A stretch of DNA of 64,000 nucleotides from assembly GCA_030390025.1 (NCBI GenBank), contig CM059432.1:50098001-50162000 (forward strand). Direction: 5' to 3'. This DNA comes from Squalus acanthias (lineage: Eukaryota). The translations under genes and the position numbers were made by a program. This document shows positions 45,502 through 59,192 of the stretch, piece after piece. Below the pieces are notes generated by a model, which saw only the letters and a list, made by a program, of their open reading frames with translations, did not search any database and had not been told where the DNA came from. Each line of letters starts with the position of its first letter. The first letter of the stretch is position 1.

Positions 45502-45532
<31 letters not shown>

Positions 45533-45806
45533 CACTCCCCATTTATCCAGGTCCACTCACATCAAAAGCCAGGCAAGTCCTCTCTCACCAACAGTCTCTG
45601 AGACTAGGCAGTCAGCAATGATGACATCATCAGAGGCGCCTTTCAGACTGAAAACACTAATGAGTTCATGGGTTCCCACATGCTCCAACTCAATTGCCCA
45701 ATTAAGTGAAAATTGCATCAGGCATCCACATTAATCTGGAGTCGGGGGGGGAACACGAAATGCGGATTACACGACCCCAACCCAACCCCAAGACAAAATC
45801 CAGCCC
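45041..45806. mobile_element. Harbinger-like MITE
   Basis: Perfect 12-bp TIR gggctggatttt / aaaatccagccc; TSD ata. Confidence 0.85.
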
Positions 45807-46500
45807 ATAGTCTATTAATCATGTTTCAAAACTGTTTCCAATACAAATCTTTCAATTTATGCTTTTTAATATTGAATTCTTCCAAGATCAAAGGATGAGC
45901 ATGTTCACTGATAAGATATGAAGCCACCCTTGTTGTGTCGACAAGTTCAAGATGAATGTGGAAACCTAGCAGGGAAGAGAAACATTGACATTTATTTTCC
46001 ACGGGCAGTTGCTATCTCATGGGATATTCCAACAATGTGACAGGAACTCTTGCAACCACTTAGATCAGCTACAAATTTTTGTTAAAGGGGAAATGTTATC
46101 GAGAAGTGATTATAAAAGAAGAAATCAGTGTTTCCAGTGTTACCTTTTATGCTTTAAAGCTACTAGTTAAAAGTGGTCGAGGAGCAGACATTTTTGGGAG
46201 AATTTCCACACGGTGAGTTTTGCCGCTGTTACGCCATTAAAAGAAGACTTGCGCCCACCACTAGTCAGAAGAGGTATTTACATTAGGGTTTCCTAGGTCA
46301 GCTCATACCCAATAGAGTAGCCATTGTCGCAAATCCTGTGTAAAACTGGTGTAAACTGATGCAGTGCATGGAGACTGCTTGCACAATTCAGCAGCAGACT
46401 TGGGGAAGGAGCACTACTTGGATCACTCACTTGACTCTCAGCTAACTTTACTGCATGTCGCATCAATTCTTTTCTCATTCTTTTCAAGACTGTCTACAGC

Positions 46501-46770
46501 ATGACCCTCTGCGGCAAGCAGCCAAAGAATGCAGCAAGGGATGGCACCCAGACACAGAAGATGAACTTTTCTGGTTCACAGCTCCAAGCCCTTCTCAAGG
46601 AAGCTGAAGGCAGGAGGCATAGACTCCTGGGTGTCCGAGCCAGCAAGCCTGCCAGAATGCCTCCCATGTACCTGGAGGGAGGTGGGACTGACACTGAGTG
46701 CCAGCTCTCACCCCCAGAACTGGTGACCACTGCCACAAGAAGTTCAATGACTGCACCAGGTTAGGCAAGA
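46501..46770 (+). pseudogene. Harbinger Myb/SANT-like remnant
   Basis: QKMNFSGSQLQALLKEAEGRRHRL...WREVG...RTGDHCHKKFNDCTR (frameshifted). Confidence 0.7.
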
Positions 46771-47244
46771 TAACACACCAGACACTCTTTGTTTTCTTCC
46801 TTGCCCACCATGGGCACCAGCACATTCTTCACCCTCTTAAATTGCACTTCTTTAACAATGCTCTCTGGTTAAGGGAGAGGGGGTGGGTGGTGGCTCAAAC
46901 TTGGCATCTTGCACTAAGGTTACCTAGCTCTCCTAACATCAATTACTTCCATGCACAACCCTAAAACCCCTTCCTCCACTTTAGCAGGCTGATATCCCCA
47001 CATCTCTTACTTCAGATCACCTGTAAACTTGGAAGACACTCCTCAACTGCCAGCCTTACCCTCATGTACTCAACCTTCTTGTAGGAGATATTGGCTTGGA
47101 ATTTGAAGGAGCACACGCACAGTGACAGACATGTGCGTATCCTGCGTACCAACATGGGTGTCAGTAAGTGACTATGCATCGTACAGTAAGATTGTTTCAC
47201 AATAATTTGAGAAGTTATGGCTTTGGAAGATGTGAGTATGGTGT

Positions 47245-47865
47245 CGTTGCTTCAGCCCATCTGCTGCTGAAACCCTCATCCCTGCTTTAGTTACCTCCAG
47301 TCTCGAGTATTCCAATGCTCTTCTGGCCAGCCTTCCATCTTCCACCCTCCATAAACTTAAGCTCATCCAAAACTCTGCTGCCTGTATCCTAACTTGTACA
47401 AGTCTCAGTCACCCATCACCCCTGTGCTCGCTGACCTACATTGGCTCCAGGTGCAGCAATGCCTCTACTTTAAGATGCTCGTCTTCGTGTTCAAATGCCT
47501 CCACAGCCTCACTTCATATCTCTGTAACCTCCTCCAGCTCTACAACCCTCTGAGAACCCTGCGTTCTCCGACTCTGGCCTCTTGTGCATCCCCCCTCTTC
47601 AATCGCCCCATGATTGGTTGTTGTTGCTTCAGCCGTCTAGGCCCTAAGCTCTGGAATTCTCTCCCTAAAACTCTCTGCCTCTCCACCTCTATCTCCTCCT
47701 TTAAGACGCTCCTCAAAACCTACCTCTTTGACCAAGCTTTTGATCACCTGTCCTAATATCTCCTTCTTTGGCTCAGTGTCAATTGTTGTCCGATTACACT
47801 TCCATTATGTATCTTGGAACGTTTTACTATGTTAAAGGCTTTATATAAATGCGAATAGTTGCTAT
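47245..47865 (+). mobile_element. L2 3' fragment
   Basis: PITPVLADLHWL...LWNSLP...SSFKTLLKTYLF; L2-type tail. Confidence 0.9.
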
Positions 47866-48132
47866 TGTGAGGATTTGAATTGTACGTTGTAGCTTGAAGG
47901 GTGTTTAACTGTGGTATGGGTATGCATGAGATACAATGGAAGAGCTGTAAGTTTATACAAGGGCTTGGCATGGGTGAGAAGTAAATCTGGGACATATTGG
48001 CAGATGTGGAACATATTGACAGATGTACTGCTCACCCATGCCAGGCTCTCACTTGCAATCTTGGGCTGCCTATCCAATCTATCTGATACATGGTACTGTT
48101 GGGTAATAGCTTCTCATGCATCTCTTCCCAGT

Positions 48133-48219
48133 GTTTTTTTTTTATTCATTCATGAGATGTGGGCATCGCTGGCAAGATCAGCATTTATTGCCCATCCCTA
48201 GTTGCCCTTGAGAAGGTGA
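48133..48219 (-). mobile_element. 3' end of the tRNA-headed LINE/SINE family
   Basis: Reverse complement matches 10180-10262. Confidence 0.8.
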
Positions 48220-49249
48220 ATCAAGCGCTACCTCTTCTCTTGGGGAGCTAAAGTGTGTGAGAGGGGCGGTAGCAGCAGAGCACTGACAACACTGCCGGCA
48301 TCAGAGGCTCCTTCCCTCGCTTAAAGGGAAGGGCCAATGAAGGGATGCAAGAATCTTCCTCGTCTTTCTGTGGGGCCACGGGACCTGCGCGACTTGCATT
48401 ATAACCCCAAGCACTCTAAGAGAGTGGAGGGCTGAGTAATCGAGCATCAATCAGATGTGAAAAACATTCAGCAGGCACCAGACTGGTGCGAAGAATAAAG
48501 TTTGCCCTACCCGACCACCACTGCCTTTAAATATCGCCCTCCAAGCGGCCAGCCGAGGTGACAACGCCTCCTGCTGCTGCCGTTGTTGACGCCCGGCAAT
48601 GCAGCAAGGGGCGGGAGCGAATATCAGATCTGGGATGGTAACGGGGCGCTGCACACCTGATGACATCACGATCTACGGGTCGCAACAGAGCAAGGTGGTA
48701 AGTGTTAGCGCCAGCGCAAAACTGCCAGGGAAATTCGCGTGCTTTGGTGAATTCGTCGCGCCCGGTCGGTAACCCCTTAGCGCCCCGTTAACACCCCCCG
48801 CAGGTGCTAATGGGAGGCGCTAAGCAGCCAAAATTCTAGCCCTTACCTGCTGATCAAATTTTCCGTATTTCACATTCCGTAGCCATCTTGAACAAGGCCA
48901 AAGCTGCACAGGTAGTTTGAAATAACTGAGTTGACCATGGATGATCGGGGGCAAGCAGCTCACTGCGCTGTTGACGCATTTTACACTAGCAGCAAGGCAG
49001 AAAATTGGCCCTATAATAGTCAGCTTCTCTAGCTCACATGCATAACAAACTTTGTAATGCTACAAACACATCTCATATGTCTAATCAATTCGGAGGGCTG
49101 ACTTCAGAACCCCTCCAGACCGATGGCATGTTGCACTCATCGGAAATCTCCTATATATTTCTGCTGTGTTGCTAAATCCATTTTAAAATAGGGTAAATGA
49201 ACTTCATTGCAATTAACCTTTAATTGCTAAGAACAAGGACATTACTTGT

Positions 49250-50631
49250 CCCATTGACATCAGGCAGCATCTGACCGAGTGTGGCATCAAGGAGCCCTTG
49301 TAAAACTGAAGTCAATGGGAATCTGGGGAAAACTCTCCACTGGCTGGAGTCATACCTGAGCACAAAGAAGATGGTTGTGCTGGTTGAAGGTCAATCATCA
49401 CAGCCCCAGGACATCACTGCAGGAGTTCCTCAGGGCAGTGTCCTAGGCCCAACCATCTTCAGCTGCTTCATCACTGACCTTCCCTCTAACATAAGGTCAG
49501 AAATGGAGATGTTCGCTGATGACTGCACAGTGTTCAGTGCCATTCACAACTCCTCAGATAATGAAGCAGTCGATGCCCGCACGCAACAACACCTGGACGA
49601 CGTTCAGGCTTGGGCTGATAAGTGGCAGGTAACATTCGCGCCACAGAAGTGCCAGGCAATGACTTTCTCCAACAAGCGAGAGTCTAACCACCGCCCCTTG
49701 ACATTCAACTGCTTACCATCGCCGAATCCCCACCATCAACATCCTGGGGGTCACCATGACCAGCCACATAAATACTGTGGCAACAAGAGCAGGTCAGGGG
49801 CTAGGTATTCTGTGGCGAGTGTCTCACCTCCTGACTCTCCAAAGCCTTTCCACCATCTACAAGGCACAATTACATTTCCCACCTGGCAGCCAACCAAATT
49901 GACAAGTAAGGAGTGTGATGGAATACTCTCCACTTGCCTGGATGAGTGCAGCTCCAACAACGCTCAAGAAGCTCGACACCATCCAGGACAAAGCAGCCCA
50001 CTTGATTGGCATCCCATCCACCACCTTAAACATTCACTCCCTCCACCACTGGCGTATCGTGGCTGCAGTGTGTACCATCTACAAGATGCACTGCAGCAAC
50101 TCACCAAGGCTTCTTCGGCAGCACCTCCCAAACCCACGACCTCTTCCACCTAGAAGGACAAGGGCAGCAGGCACATGGGAACACCACCACCTCCAAGTTC
50201 CCCTCCAAGTCACACACCATCCTGACTTGGAAATATATTGCCGATCCTTCATCGTCACTGGATCAAAATCCTGGAACTCCCTCCCTAACAGCACTGTGGG
50301 AGTAACTTCACCACAAGGACTGCAGTGGTTCAAGAAGGCGGCTCACCACCACCTTCTCAAGGGCAATTAGGGATGGGCAATAAATACTGGTCTTGCCAGC
50401 GACGCCCACATCCCAGGAACTAATTTTTAAAAAGTCCATCATGGGCGCCCTATGCCGCAAAGCACAAAATAACAATTTAGATTTGAACACTGGGCCTATA
50501 GTTATTATAGATGCCCATTAGGGGAAGCCCTGGAAATCCTGGGGCATACTAGCAGGAAACCGGTGAGCTGCGGCAATAAATGCTGACCTTGCCAGCGACG
50601 CCCACATCCCACAAAAATGAATTTAAAAAAA
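49250..50631 (+). mobile_element. 5'-truncated copy of the tRNA-headed LINE family with a 3' extension and a second 3' end
   Basis: GVPQGSVLGP, MFADD, WADKWQ; 3' end near 50433, extension 50434-50575, repeated 3' end 50572-50631. Confidence 0.9.
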
Positions 50632-51084
50632 TTACTGCTTTGAAATTATGAGCTGTTGAAGTTTATGCCTTTGTTTTTTGGAGGGTACGTGACCGCTTGA
50701 TGTCCAGTCCTCCTCAATCAAATTTATCATGTTCCAAAACCCAACACTCGCTTTAATCACTTCCAAGATATCAGATAATCTGCTCTCTAAAAATATTTGT
50801 AATAAGAATAACAACATCACTGCAGAAGTTGTACATTGTTGTTGACACTATTGGGTGATATACATGAAAATCTCAGCCTTCAGTCAATTGGTGATGATTA
50901 TCATTTAATTGCGTTCACTTATTGGGAAACAAAATAGTTCACAAGTGCAGGTTTATAAAGACTTCACAAATTTCTTTCTATATGTGAATTGGCTCATTTA
51001 GTCACCTCCAAGATTAATTTCTGTTGTTTCTTTCATTGTGTTTCTCGTATTTTTTTCTTTCTATGTTTTATGCAATCAAACACA

Positions 51085-52184
51085 AACCTCCAATATTTAC
51101 GGGAGGCGGGGAGGGAGTTGGGGAGCGTGGTTGTGGTAGGGAGGGGGACCTCATTATCATTGTTTAATTACGTTTCCCACCTGGCAGCCAACCAAATTGA
51201 CAGGCTGGCCGGCTGCCGAGCGGGGATGTCAACGGCAGAAGACTGCAGCCGGGGACCATTGGGGACGATCCCCGGCAATCGGGAAAGATCGTAGCGCAGA
51301 AGGGGGGGGCTCGGACCTGCAATTGGAAGGGAGAGAAAGATCGCAGAGCAGGAGGTGAGGGGTCGGACCGGCAATAAAGAAAGAAAGACTTGAATTTATA
51401 TTGCCCCTTTCACAACCACCGGACGTCTCAGAGCGCTTTACAGCCAATGAAGTACTTTTAGAAGTGGAGTCACTGTTGTAATGTGGGAAACGCAGCAGCC
51501 AATTTGAACACAGCACGCTCCCACAAACAGCAATGTGAAAATGACCAGATAATCTGTTTTTGTTATGTTGGTTGGGGGAGATATATTGGCCATGACACCG
51601 GGGATAACTCCCCTGCTCTTCTTCGAAATAATGCCATGGGATCTTTTACGTCCACATGAGAGGGCAGACAGGGCCTCAGTTTAACGTCTCATCTGAAAGA
51701 CGGCACCTCCGACATAAGGAGGGAGAGAAAGGAGGGAGAGATCACGGGGCAGGAGGTGGGGGGTCAGACCGGATATAAGGAGGGAGAGAAAGATCGCAGG
51801 ACGGAAGGCTCGGGATCGCGGGTTGGAGAGGGGGGGCTCAGCAGATTGTGGGGCAGGCAGTCAAAGGTCAGAGGTTGGAGCAAGGAGAGGCTGCAATCGG
51901 CAAAAGGTTTGCTTGAGGGGCAGTGATCCAAAAAGCACTTACCTTCTCCAATGGGGCAACGGAAAACGGGGCTGCAGCCATTAAATTTACTGCACTGTGG
52001 GAGCCTGATTTAAATATTATAATGAAGTGTCCTGCCTTTCAAAGATGGGACAGAGACACGCCACACAACCGCCGCCATAAAACTAGCGGCAGGCGCATAT
52101 GCGGCAGGTTGGGGTCATGTTTTGCGATTTTTAACTCAAGCCCGACCCCCTCCCGCCCGTTGTGGGGGGGATAATATCGACCCC
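51085..52184. mobile_element. MITE (G-rich-repeat family) with a nested Deu-type SINE (51376-51714, minus strand)
   Basis: Ends homologous to 4145-7380; SINE homologous to 8709-9050. Confidence 0.8.
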
Positions 52185-52762
52185 AAAGTATCCAAAATTC
52201 TACTTCGGGCCAATGTATGAGTGGGTAGAGCTCCATTCAATGGTCGGAAAATAGGGCAGAACCTAGTTCTGCCTGGATACTGGCCCATTTGTACTCTTGG
52301 GAGAACGTTCAGAGAGGGATTATAAGAGTGAATCTTCTACCTGCTCCCCTACGTCAAGGGGGCATGTCTGGGTGAGTTCCCGGACTACCCTGGAATTCTT
52401 ACCATTACACCCTCAGTAGTTCTCAACAGATCTCTCACCAGCTCTAAGCTGAACAAACCAACCAGCCAAGGAAATGTTTTCGATCTAAAGTGTTTGATCT
52501 ACTCACATTGGATGTCATTGAGGTCACTGCTTTATCTTGCTATCACCTATGACTTTGGACATGTTAAATGCTCTTCTAAACCCAGGGTTAGGGAATCAAA
52601 GGGTCTCATTTGGTCCTTTTGCACTACGGTTGGAACTTCCTTGTCTATTTAGGAATAGCTGGTGGGCAACTTGATCTACTGTGACATTGCAGTGTGTGTT
52701 CAATTTTGTGGATTCATTGCTGAGTATTCGTATGGTCCTCCAAGCATTCCTGCTGCTAAGGG

Positions 52763-53391
52763 TAGGGTTTCCAACTCTGGTTGTTCACGTTCCTGGAGGA
52801 TTGATCTCGTGACATTCTGACCGCATGACATCTGACCATGTGACATCTGATCACTTGACATCTGGTCACATGGCTTCTACAAATGTTATTGCATATACCT
52901 TATAATGGTTGGGCCTCCTGCAGTTGAGTACTTTTGCTCATGGTTTCTCCCCAGCGGCTGTTGTGCGAGAAGTTCCAAGAACCAGGAAGCCACCCATGAG
53001 TAGACGAAGAGGAAAATCAAGGACAGGAAAGGGGGAAGACCGAGGAACCCCCCCACTCCCCATTTCAGACCCCCACATTTCAGAGAACTGGTATTTCAGA
53101 GACCATTCCCATTTCAGATTTCAGAGACCCCCATTTCAGAGACCACCGATCGCCGAGACTCCCCAAATAGTGACACCCCTGATTCCAGACTCCCCGGTTC
53201 CCGACTCTCCAGCAGCCTCCTCCCAACTGTGCTCCACGTGGTCGCGGCTCTGCGGACATGGAGTGGAGTGGGGGGCGCACTGCGGCGGGAAATTTAAATC
53301 ACTGATCTTCTGGGTGGCTGGAGGCAGCGCTTAGGGAGGAAACACCGATTCCGGGAAACCTTCGGTCATTCCGGGAGGGTTGGGAACCCTA
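52763..53391. mobile_element. hAT-like non-autonomous element
   Basis: TIR tagggtttccaac / gttgggaacccta (12/13); 8-bp flanks gctaaggg / gctgtggg (6/8). Confidence 0.72.
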
Positions 53392-53424
53392 GCTGTGGGT
53401 CACAGCAGTTAATTTAATCGTCTT

Positions 53425-54168
53425 GGGGTCGAGTTTCCATTAGTTTGCGCTAATATTATCAGTGCAAAATGGGTGAAATCGGCCGAACCAGCGCAAAAAG
53501 ATCGGGGAACTTTAAACGCAAGTTACATCTGCTGTAAATCGAGTTTCTGTGGTCTTTAACGATGGTTTAAAAATCATTTCGCCCGACGATGGCCCCACCC
53601 ACAACACTGGCCACATCCCCGGATCGAAATAAAGAGCATGGCGAGTTTCCAGTGACTGCACCAGTTTGCGACCATTCGAGGAGGCTCTTCAAATTAAGTT
53701 TGCTTTCTTAGGCACACAGGCACAAGAAGGCATGTTTTAAAAGTTTTTACATATTAAAAAATAATTAATTTACTAAGAAGCTGACTAGTGTACACCAATG
53801 AAACTAGTAAATGGTTCTGTGTAGTTTTTTTACATCATTTTCAGTGATTTAAAATCAGGTTCCTCACAGGTGGTGGACGAGACACTTATTAAAAATGCTT
53901 ATTTTTGGTAATAAACCCATTTTCAGCTGTATTAATAAAACTGCACCAGGTTACCACTCTTAAATACATCAAGGAATATTTTTAATGCAAAGAAAAAAAA
54001 ATGATTACGTTCTATTACGCTGCCCGATTGCACTGGTTCATGGAAGATTTTATATTTGTGATTATGCAAATGAGTTGGAGCAGAAACTTGAGCCACAACT
54101 TCACTTCGGAAAAACAGCGCAATTTACACCCAGTTTCCTGACTGCACCCAACGCAGAAACTCTACCCC
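53425..54168. mobile_element. Harbinger-like MITE
   Basis: TIR ggggtcgagtttc / gaaactctacccc (12/13); TSD ctt. Confidence 0.8.
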
Positions 54169-54214
54169 CTTATGTTCAACTAATGCTCAGATCCCCAAAA
54201 TACGATGTTCGCAA

Positions 54215-54690
54215 GTAATGTAGCCATTTTGAAACCAGGTAAAGACCCTACAAGCTCAAAGAACATCAGACAAATTTTTCTATTGTGTTTCACGAATAAG
54301 TTATTCGAATGCCTCATTTTGAACCAGTTCTCCCCCCATGTGGAACAGCTTACCCCAGAACAGGCAGGTTGCCACCTTGGAAAATCACGCACAAACCAAC
54401 TACTTAATCTGACCCAGCATACTGAAGATGGATTTGAACAAGGCCTAATAACTGGAGCTGTCTTTGTTGAGCTGTCAGCTGCCTATGACACTGTTAATCA
54501 CCACATACCTGTGCAGAAGGTTTTTAACATGACGAAGGATGCTTGTCCGAACTTTATTAGCGAATCACCGTTTTTTTCAAGGAACAATGTGGAAAAAAAA
54601 GTCAACAGCGTGGGCAATGGAATGGGCTCCCACAAGGTAGTGTGCTTGCGTCAATGCTATTCAAATACTAATGACTAACCCATTCATCCT
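54215..54690 (+). pseudogene. Vingi/Ingi-like LINE reverse transcriptase fragment
   Basis: ILKPGKDP...PEQAG...GKS...QLLNLTQHTEDGFE...TGAVFVELSAAYDTVNH. Confidence 0.75.
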
Positions 54691-54806
54691 GGTAGCCTTG
54701 TGATAGGGAAGAGTGTGAAGATAGGATACAATATATATATACTAATGACTAACCCATTCATCCTGGTAGCCTTGTGATAGGGGAGAGTGTGAAGATAGGA
54801 TACAAT
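54665..54806 (+). repeat. 68-bp direct duplication separated by atatat
   Basis: 54665-54732 and 54739-54806, one mismatch. Confidence 0.95.
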
Positions 54807-56988
54807 GATGATGAGCTGAATGTTGAATGAGTTCTGCTGAAGACCCACCAAAGACTTCAAACTTTAGAAGGCAAAAGCAATAGATATTATTCAGGAACAG
54901 ACACCCCGGCAACATTGGAAACCAAAGAAAAAATAATTACTTTGTTCATTGGGCCCTTCTGCCCTCAATGTGACATGGAACCACTTTAATTTTCGGAGCC
55001 TTTGTTGGGGAGGGTACTGCTGATGTGTCCTTGCAGGGGTCTGTGGCCCTCCCTAACCAATTAGATAACCCTATCCCTGGGACTTGGAATAGGTTCTGGA
55101 TCACAACATCTGGGTAGCCAGGAAACTCATTCCGCCAAACATCCGCCTAAGCACCACACCCGCTGCTAAATGCATGTCTTTTATTCTGCAATTGTACTTA
55201 GGTTACAACGCATTGTCATACCTTACTTTCATACTGTACAAGAATATGAGTGTATGTGTTACAGAGTAAGAATGTATGGGATTTACAAACTGGCTTGCAG
55301 GTAACCCAGGAAACTGATTCTAGGGTGTGGTAGCTGTGTTAGTATCCCAGCATTTCTCTTGCTTTTTCTTTTTGAAGAGCAAGAGATCACTATGGGAGTA
55401 TTCAAGCATTCAGCGTGATTGTGAAAGCTCTATTAAAATTATAGGGTCTGCAGTGGGCTTTAATAGCGGGAATTCACTATCACTATAGGTGCGGATGTAG
55501 CGCTGCTTCTCCAATGAGAAAGCAAATCAGTTGCATCCCGTGTGGTCAGATGGGCTGTGAAGAGAGAAAGCAAAATACAGAAATGGGGAAATGGGAGTAA
55601 CAGAAAAAAAGGCAGTAGGAAAGAGGTTAAGGAAGAGAAGCCATTGATGCCACTTGGCTGCCCCCTGCAGCCCATGTGACAAGTACAGCTTACCATCTTT
55701 TTGTTTCTGGTGTGAGTTGACACCATATTCTGAATTTGCACTGCTGGTGGAGATCTTTGCCCATCAGCCTCTCACATCAAGAAATCACAGGCATGCTGCT
55801 CATGATTTTCCATCTATTAATTTCAATGGATAGAAAATCGTGGGTTGCTCACCCATAATTTCCTGATATGTGTTCGGAAAATTGATCATGTTGTGCATAG
55901 TGCTCAGTCTGAAAATCGCACACCGAAGATTTGCCCATGTTCACACTCACACTGACCCAGGAGGACTTCCACCAGTTGGCCTGGCCCCACCACAAGCCCA
56001 AACAATTTTCCTGGATGGGGGGGGGTGCTGTTGGCTGGAGTCAATATGTATGCAGGGCTGGTCAGCTGCCAGGAAATTCTCCCAGTGCTGCAGCAGAACT
56101 GTCATTGGAAGAGGTGGAGAATATTTAAAAGGTGCTGAAGTGCTCTACAGATTAGAATTCGATGGGTGAGAGATTGAGGTAAAATGGAAGGAGAGGAGGC
56201 CATCACTCAACCCTCTCCCTCCATCCAGTGACTTTTGGGGCTTACCCATTGCTACCTCTGTGGCTACTGCCAGACTTTTCCTTGTGGTCCCAGGGAGCAA
56301 CAGTAAGAAGCTGAGGAAGGAGTGGCCATCCTGATGGATGAGGGTGGATGGAAATTTACTTGAGGTGGATAGGGGGTAGTAAGCCTTGCTGCCCAATATT
56401 CACCACTATTTCTGCCACTATCCCACATGATTGGGGTTGGATAATGGAGGAAAAGGCAGCCCAGAATATCTGTTAGATATTTTTGAAGGAGTCATGGACA
56501 TTATAGATAACAGGCAGTAGTTTTGGCCTCCATTGGTATTTTGAGTGTTTTTGCTAATCCCATACGTTTTTTTTTACATTGTATGTGAGGTGACTATCGT
56601 AGGGCTGCGAGCAGAGGGCCCTAGTTGTTCCTCTTCCTCCTCTGCTTCTTCTTGGTTGGGCACATCTGGAGGAGAAGAAGAGAGATTAAATTTGGTTGCT
56701 GAGAAATAGAGTTCACACATGGCTTTCAGTAGAAGGTGTAACATGAGACTTTGTCAATCTAGTTTTCTGACAGATAATGTGGAGCACAATGGGATGATAA
56801 GCAAGAGAAGCAGAATGTTATGAAGAACAGCTTCCTCTTTGTATAGGTGAGAGGGCAGAGGTGGGGGAGGGGTCAGAGGGAATCCACCACCAGTTGACAA
56901 TCTCTCTCTGGAGTGAGACCTTACTGAGTGCAAATCAGCTGCCGTGTTTTTGGCTGTAAAGCACTTTGGGGTCATGAAAGGAGCTATA

Positions 56989-57105
56989 TCCTTCCTTCCT
57001 TCCTTCCTTATTCCTCCCCTTCCTCTCTTTCTTCGTTCCTCTCTTTCTTTCTTTCCTATCCTTCTTTTCTTTCCTTCCTTCCTTTCTGTCTTTCTTACTT
57101 TCTTG
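56989..57105 (+). repeat. (CCTT/CTTT)n microsatellite at the tail of a SINE fragment
   Basis: Pyrimidine repeat following ggctgtaaagcactttgg...gctatat. Confidence 0.8.
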
Positions 57106-57109
57106 TTAT

Positions 57110-58090
57110 GCTACTGAAGATATTTAAATCTTGCAGAAGCATGGCCCATCCCAAGCAGTCAACTTGCAACACCTGGAACTTACCCTCAATGTTATAATGA
57201 AGCTGACCCTAGAAACTTTGGTGGGGTCAGTGCTCGTGCGATTGGTTCTGTGTTGTCCCACCTCCTGCAGGGATAGCACCCTTTCTGAGAATTTGGGCTG
57301 TTTTGTAATTGATATTGGCCTGGGTTTTGTGGTCAGTGACGAAGGAACGGCACTTGCTGTTCATTGTGCTTACAGCTGCCCACAGACTTTTGGTGGGCTT
57401 TTGGGTGGCAACTTACAGTATTTAGAGATCCTTTTCAGCACGGTGCCCCCTGCAGGGGATCTGTGGCATGTGTGAGCAGGTCAAGCAACAGCGTGTCTCT
57501 TCAACCAATCAGATTGAAGAATCGTCACTGAGGCATGCACAGTCTAAACCAGGAAGTAAAATTAGAATATTTAATTCAATGTAAAATCATATACAAAAAG
57601 CGAAATGAGAGGAAAAGAAAGATGGAATTAAGAGAGAGAGATAAATGACACAGAAATAAAAAGTAAAAATTTTTTTTAATTTTTTTAAAATCTCCAACAA
57701 TAATTAAATACTGAAGGAATAAGACTCCACGCTTGTAAAATTAAATTTTCAAAGCCAGAGAGGTTGTTTGGTACTAATTAGGCCTTATCACACCGTTAAA
57801 AATTCACTTACAGCTGAATGCACCAAACCTAACTTTATCTGGCATGTTTAGTGGGTAACTAGTGAGTAAGTATTGCAACTTCACGCCCTTCATGTAACTT
57901 AATGCTGAATCTATGGGCGAGGTACCAGTGTAGCGAAGCTTCAGGAGAAGCAGGGCAACTCAGACAGAAACTTCCAGATTTACACATTTAACTGCGCATG
58001 TGCGGTCGCCGATGGTTGCTATCCGATTTATTCCACAGTAACGGTGAGCGCTGATAGCCTCACCGTTATCCTTAATGCAAAATCCGGGCC
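57110..58090 (-). mobile_element. Harbinger-like terminal segment with Myb remnant
   Basis: Terminus gcaaaatccgggcc then att; minus-strand KQPKFSERVLSLQEV; acidic exon-like piece after a strong acceptor near 56670. Confidence 0.5.
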
Positions 58091-58847
58091 ATTAACTTTA
58101 AGAAAATAGCTGCAGTCTGTCAATTAGCTTGAATTCATTTGCATTGTCACTGCTAATGAGATAAGCGGCTGAAAATAGCAGCCATCTATTTGTAATATGT
58201 TTATAATTAGTAGCAAAATGTTTACTTAATGTCTGTCTGTTAACCTTGATTACCCCAACAGATGGTAACCTTGCCATGGCTGCTCTGTGGTCTTGTAAAG
58301 TCAGTGTATAGACATTTCAGAAACGTGATGCGAGTTACCTTGGGAACAAGGATGCTGAATGCTCAGGTGAAGCACTCAGTGATTGGATGTAGTCCCTCTC
58401 CTAGACACCCCTTAAGTAATGGTCTTTTTTTTGTAACATCTGCTTATAAACATAGGCTACAAGAAATTGTTACGTTCTCTCTGCAGTTTATCTGAACTTT
58501 AAGAAGGACATAATAGAAAATAAGTTGCCAAGGTACCCAAGGTATATTCCTGTGAACAACATCATGGTCAACACAGGCAGTACAGAGAATGTATTTGGGC
58601 CACGCTTTTCACGGGGGGGTAAAATTCAACTTTGGCGGGTGTGCAAAATGGATGGTAGCAGTTTGACTGCCCATTATATACATGCCTGATTTTCCTTTAC
58701 TTTCAGTTAATGGAAGGGAATTCAGCCCATGCCCTCTGCTGGGTGATATTTTAATTCCCTGTGTCACTCACGTTAATCAAAACAGCGTGGGAGTTGTTCC
58801 GCACCTGTTAAATGCCTTAACAGCCCCAATAATTGGTATATACAGCT

Positions 58848-59192
58848 GTCCCTATCTCTGTAATCTTCTCCAGCCCTACAATCCTCTGAGATATCTGCGT
58901 TCCTCCAATTCTGGCCCCTTGCGCAACCCGATTTTAATCGCTCCATCATTGGCAGCTGTGCCTTCAGCTGCCAAGGTCCTAATCTCTGGAATTCACTCCC
59001 TAAACTTCTCCGCCTCTCTACCTCTCTTTCCTTCTTTAAGACGCTCCTCAAGACCTACCTCTTTGACCAAGCTTTTGGCCATCTGCCCTAATATTGCCTT
59101 TTGTGGCTTGGTGTCAAGTTGTGTTTGATAATACTCCTGTGAAACCCCTTGGGGCGTTTTATAAGGTGCTATATAAATACAAGTTGTTGTTG
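58848..59192 (+). mobile_element. L2 3' fragment
   Basis: Reverse complement of 11248-11600; (TTG)n tail. Confidence 0.88.
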
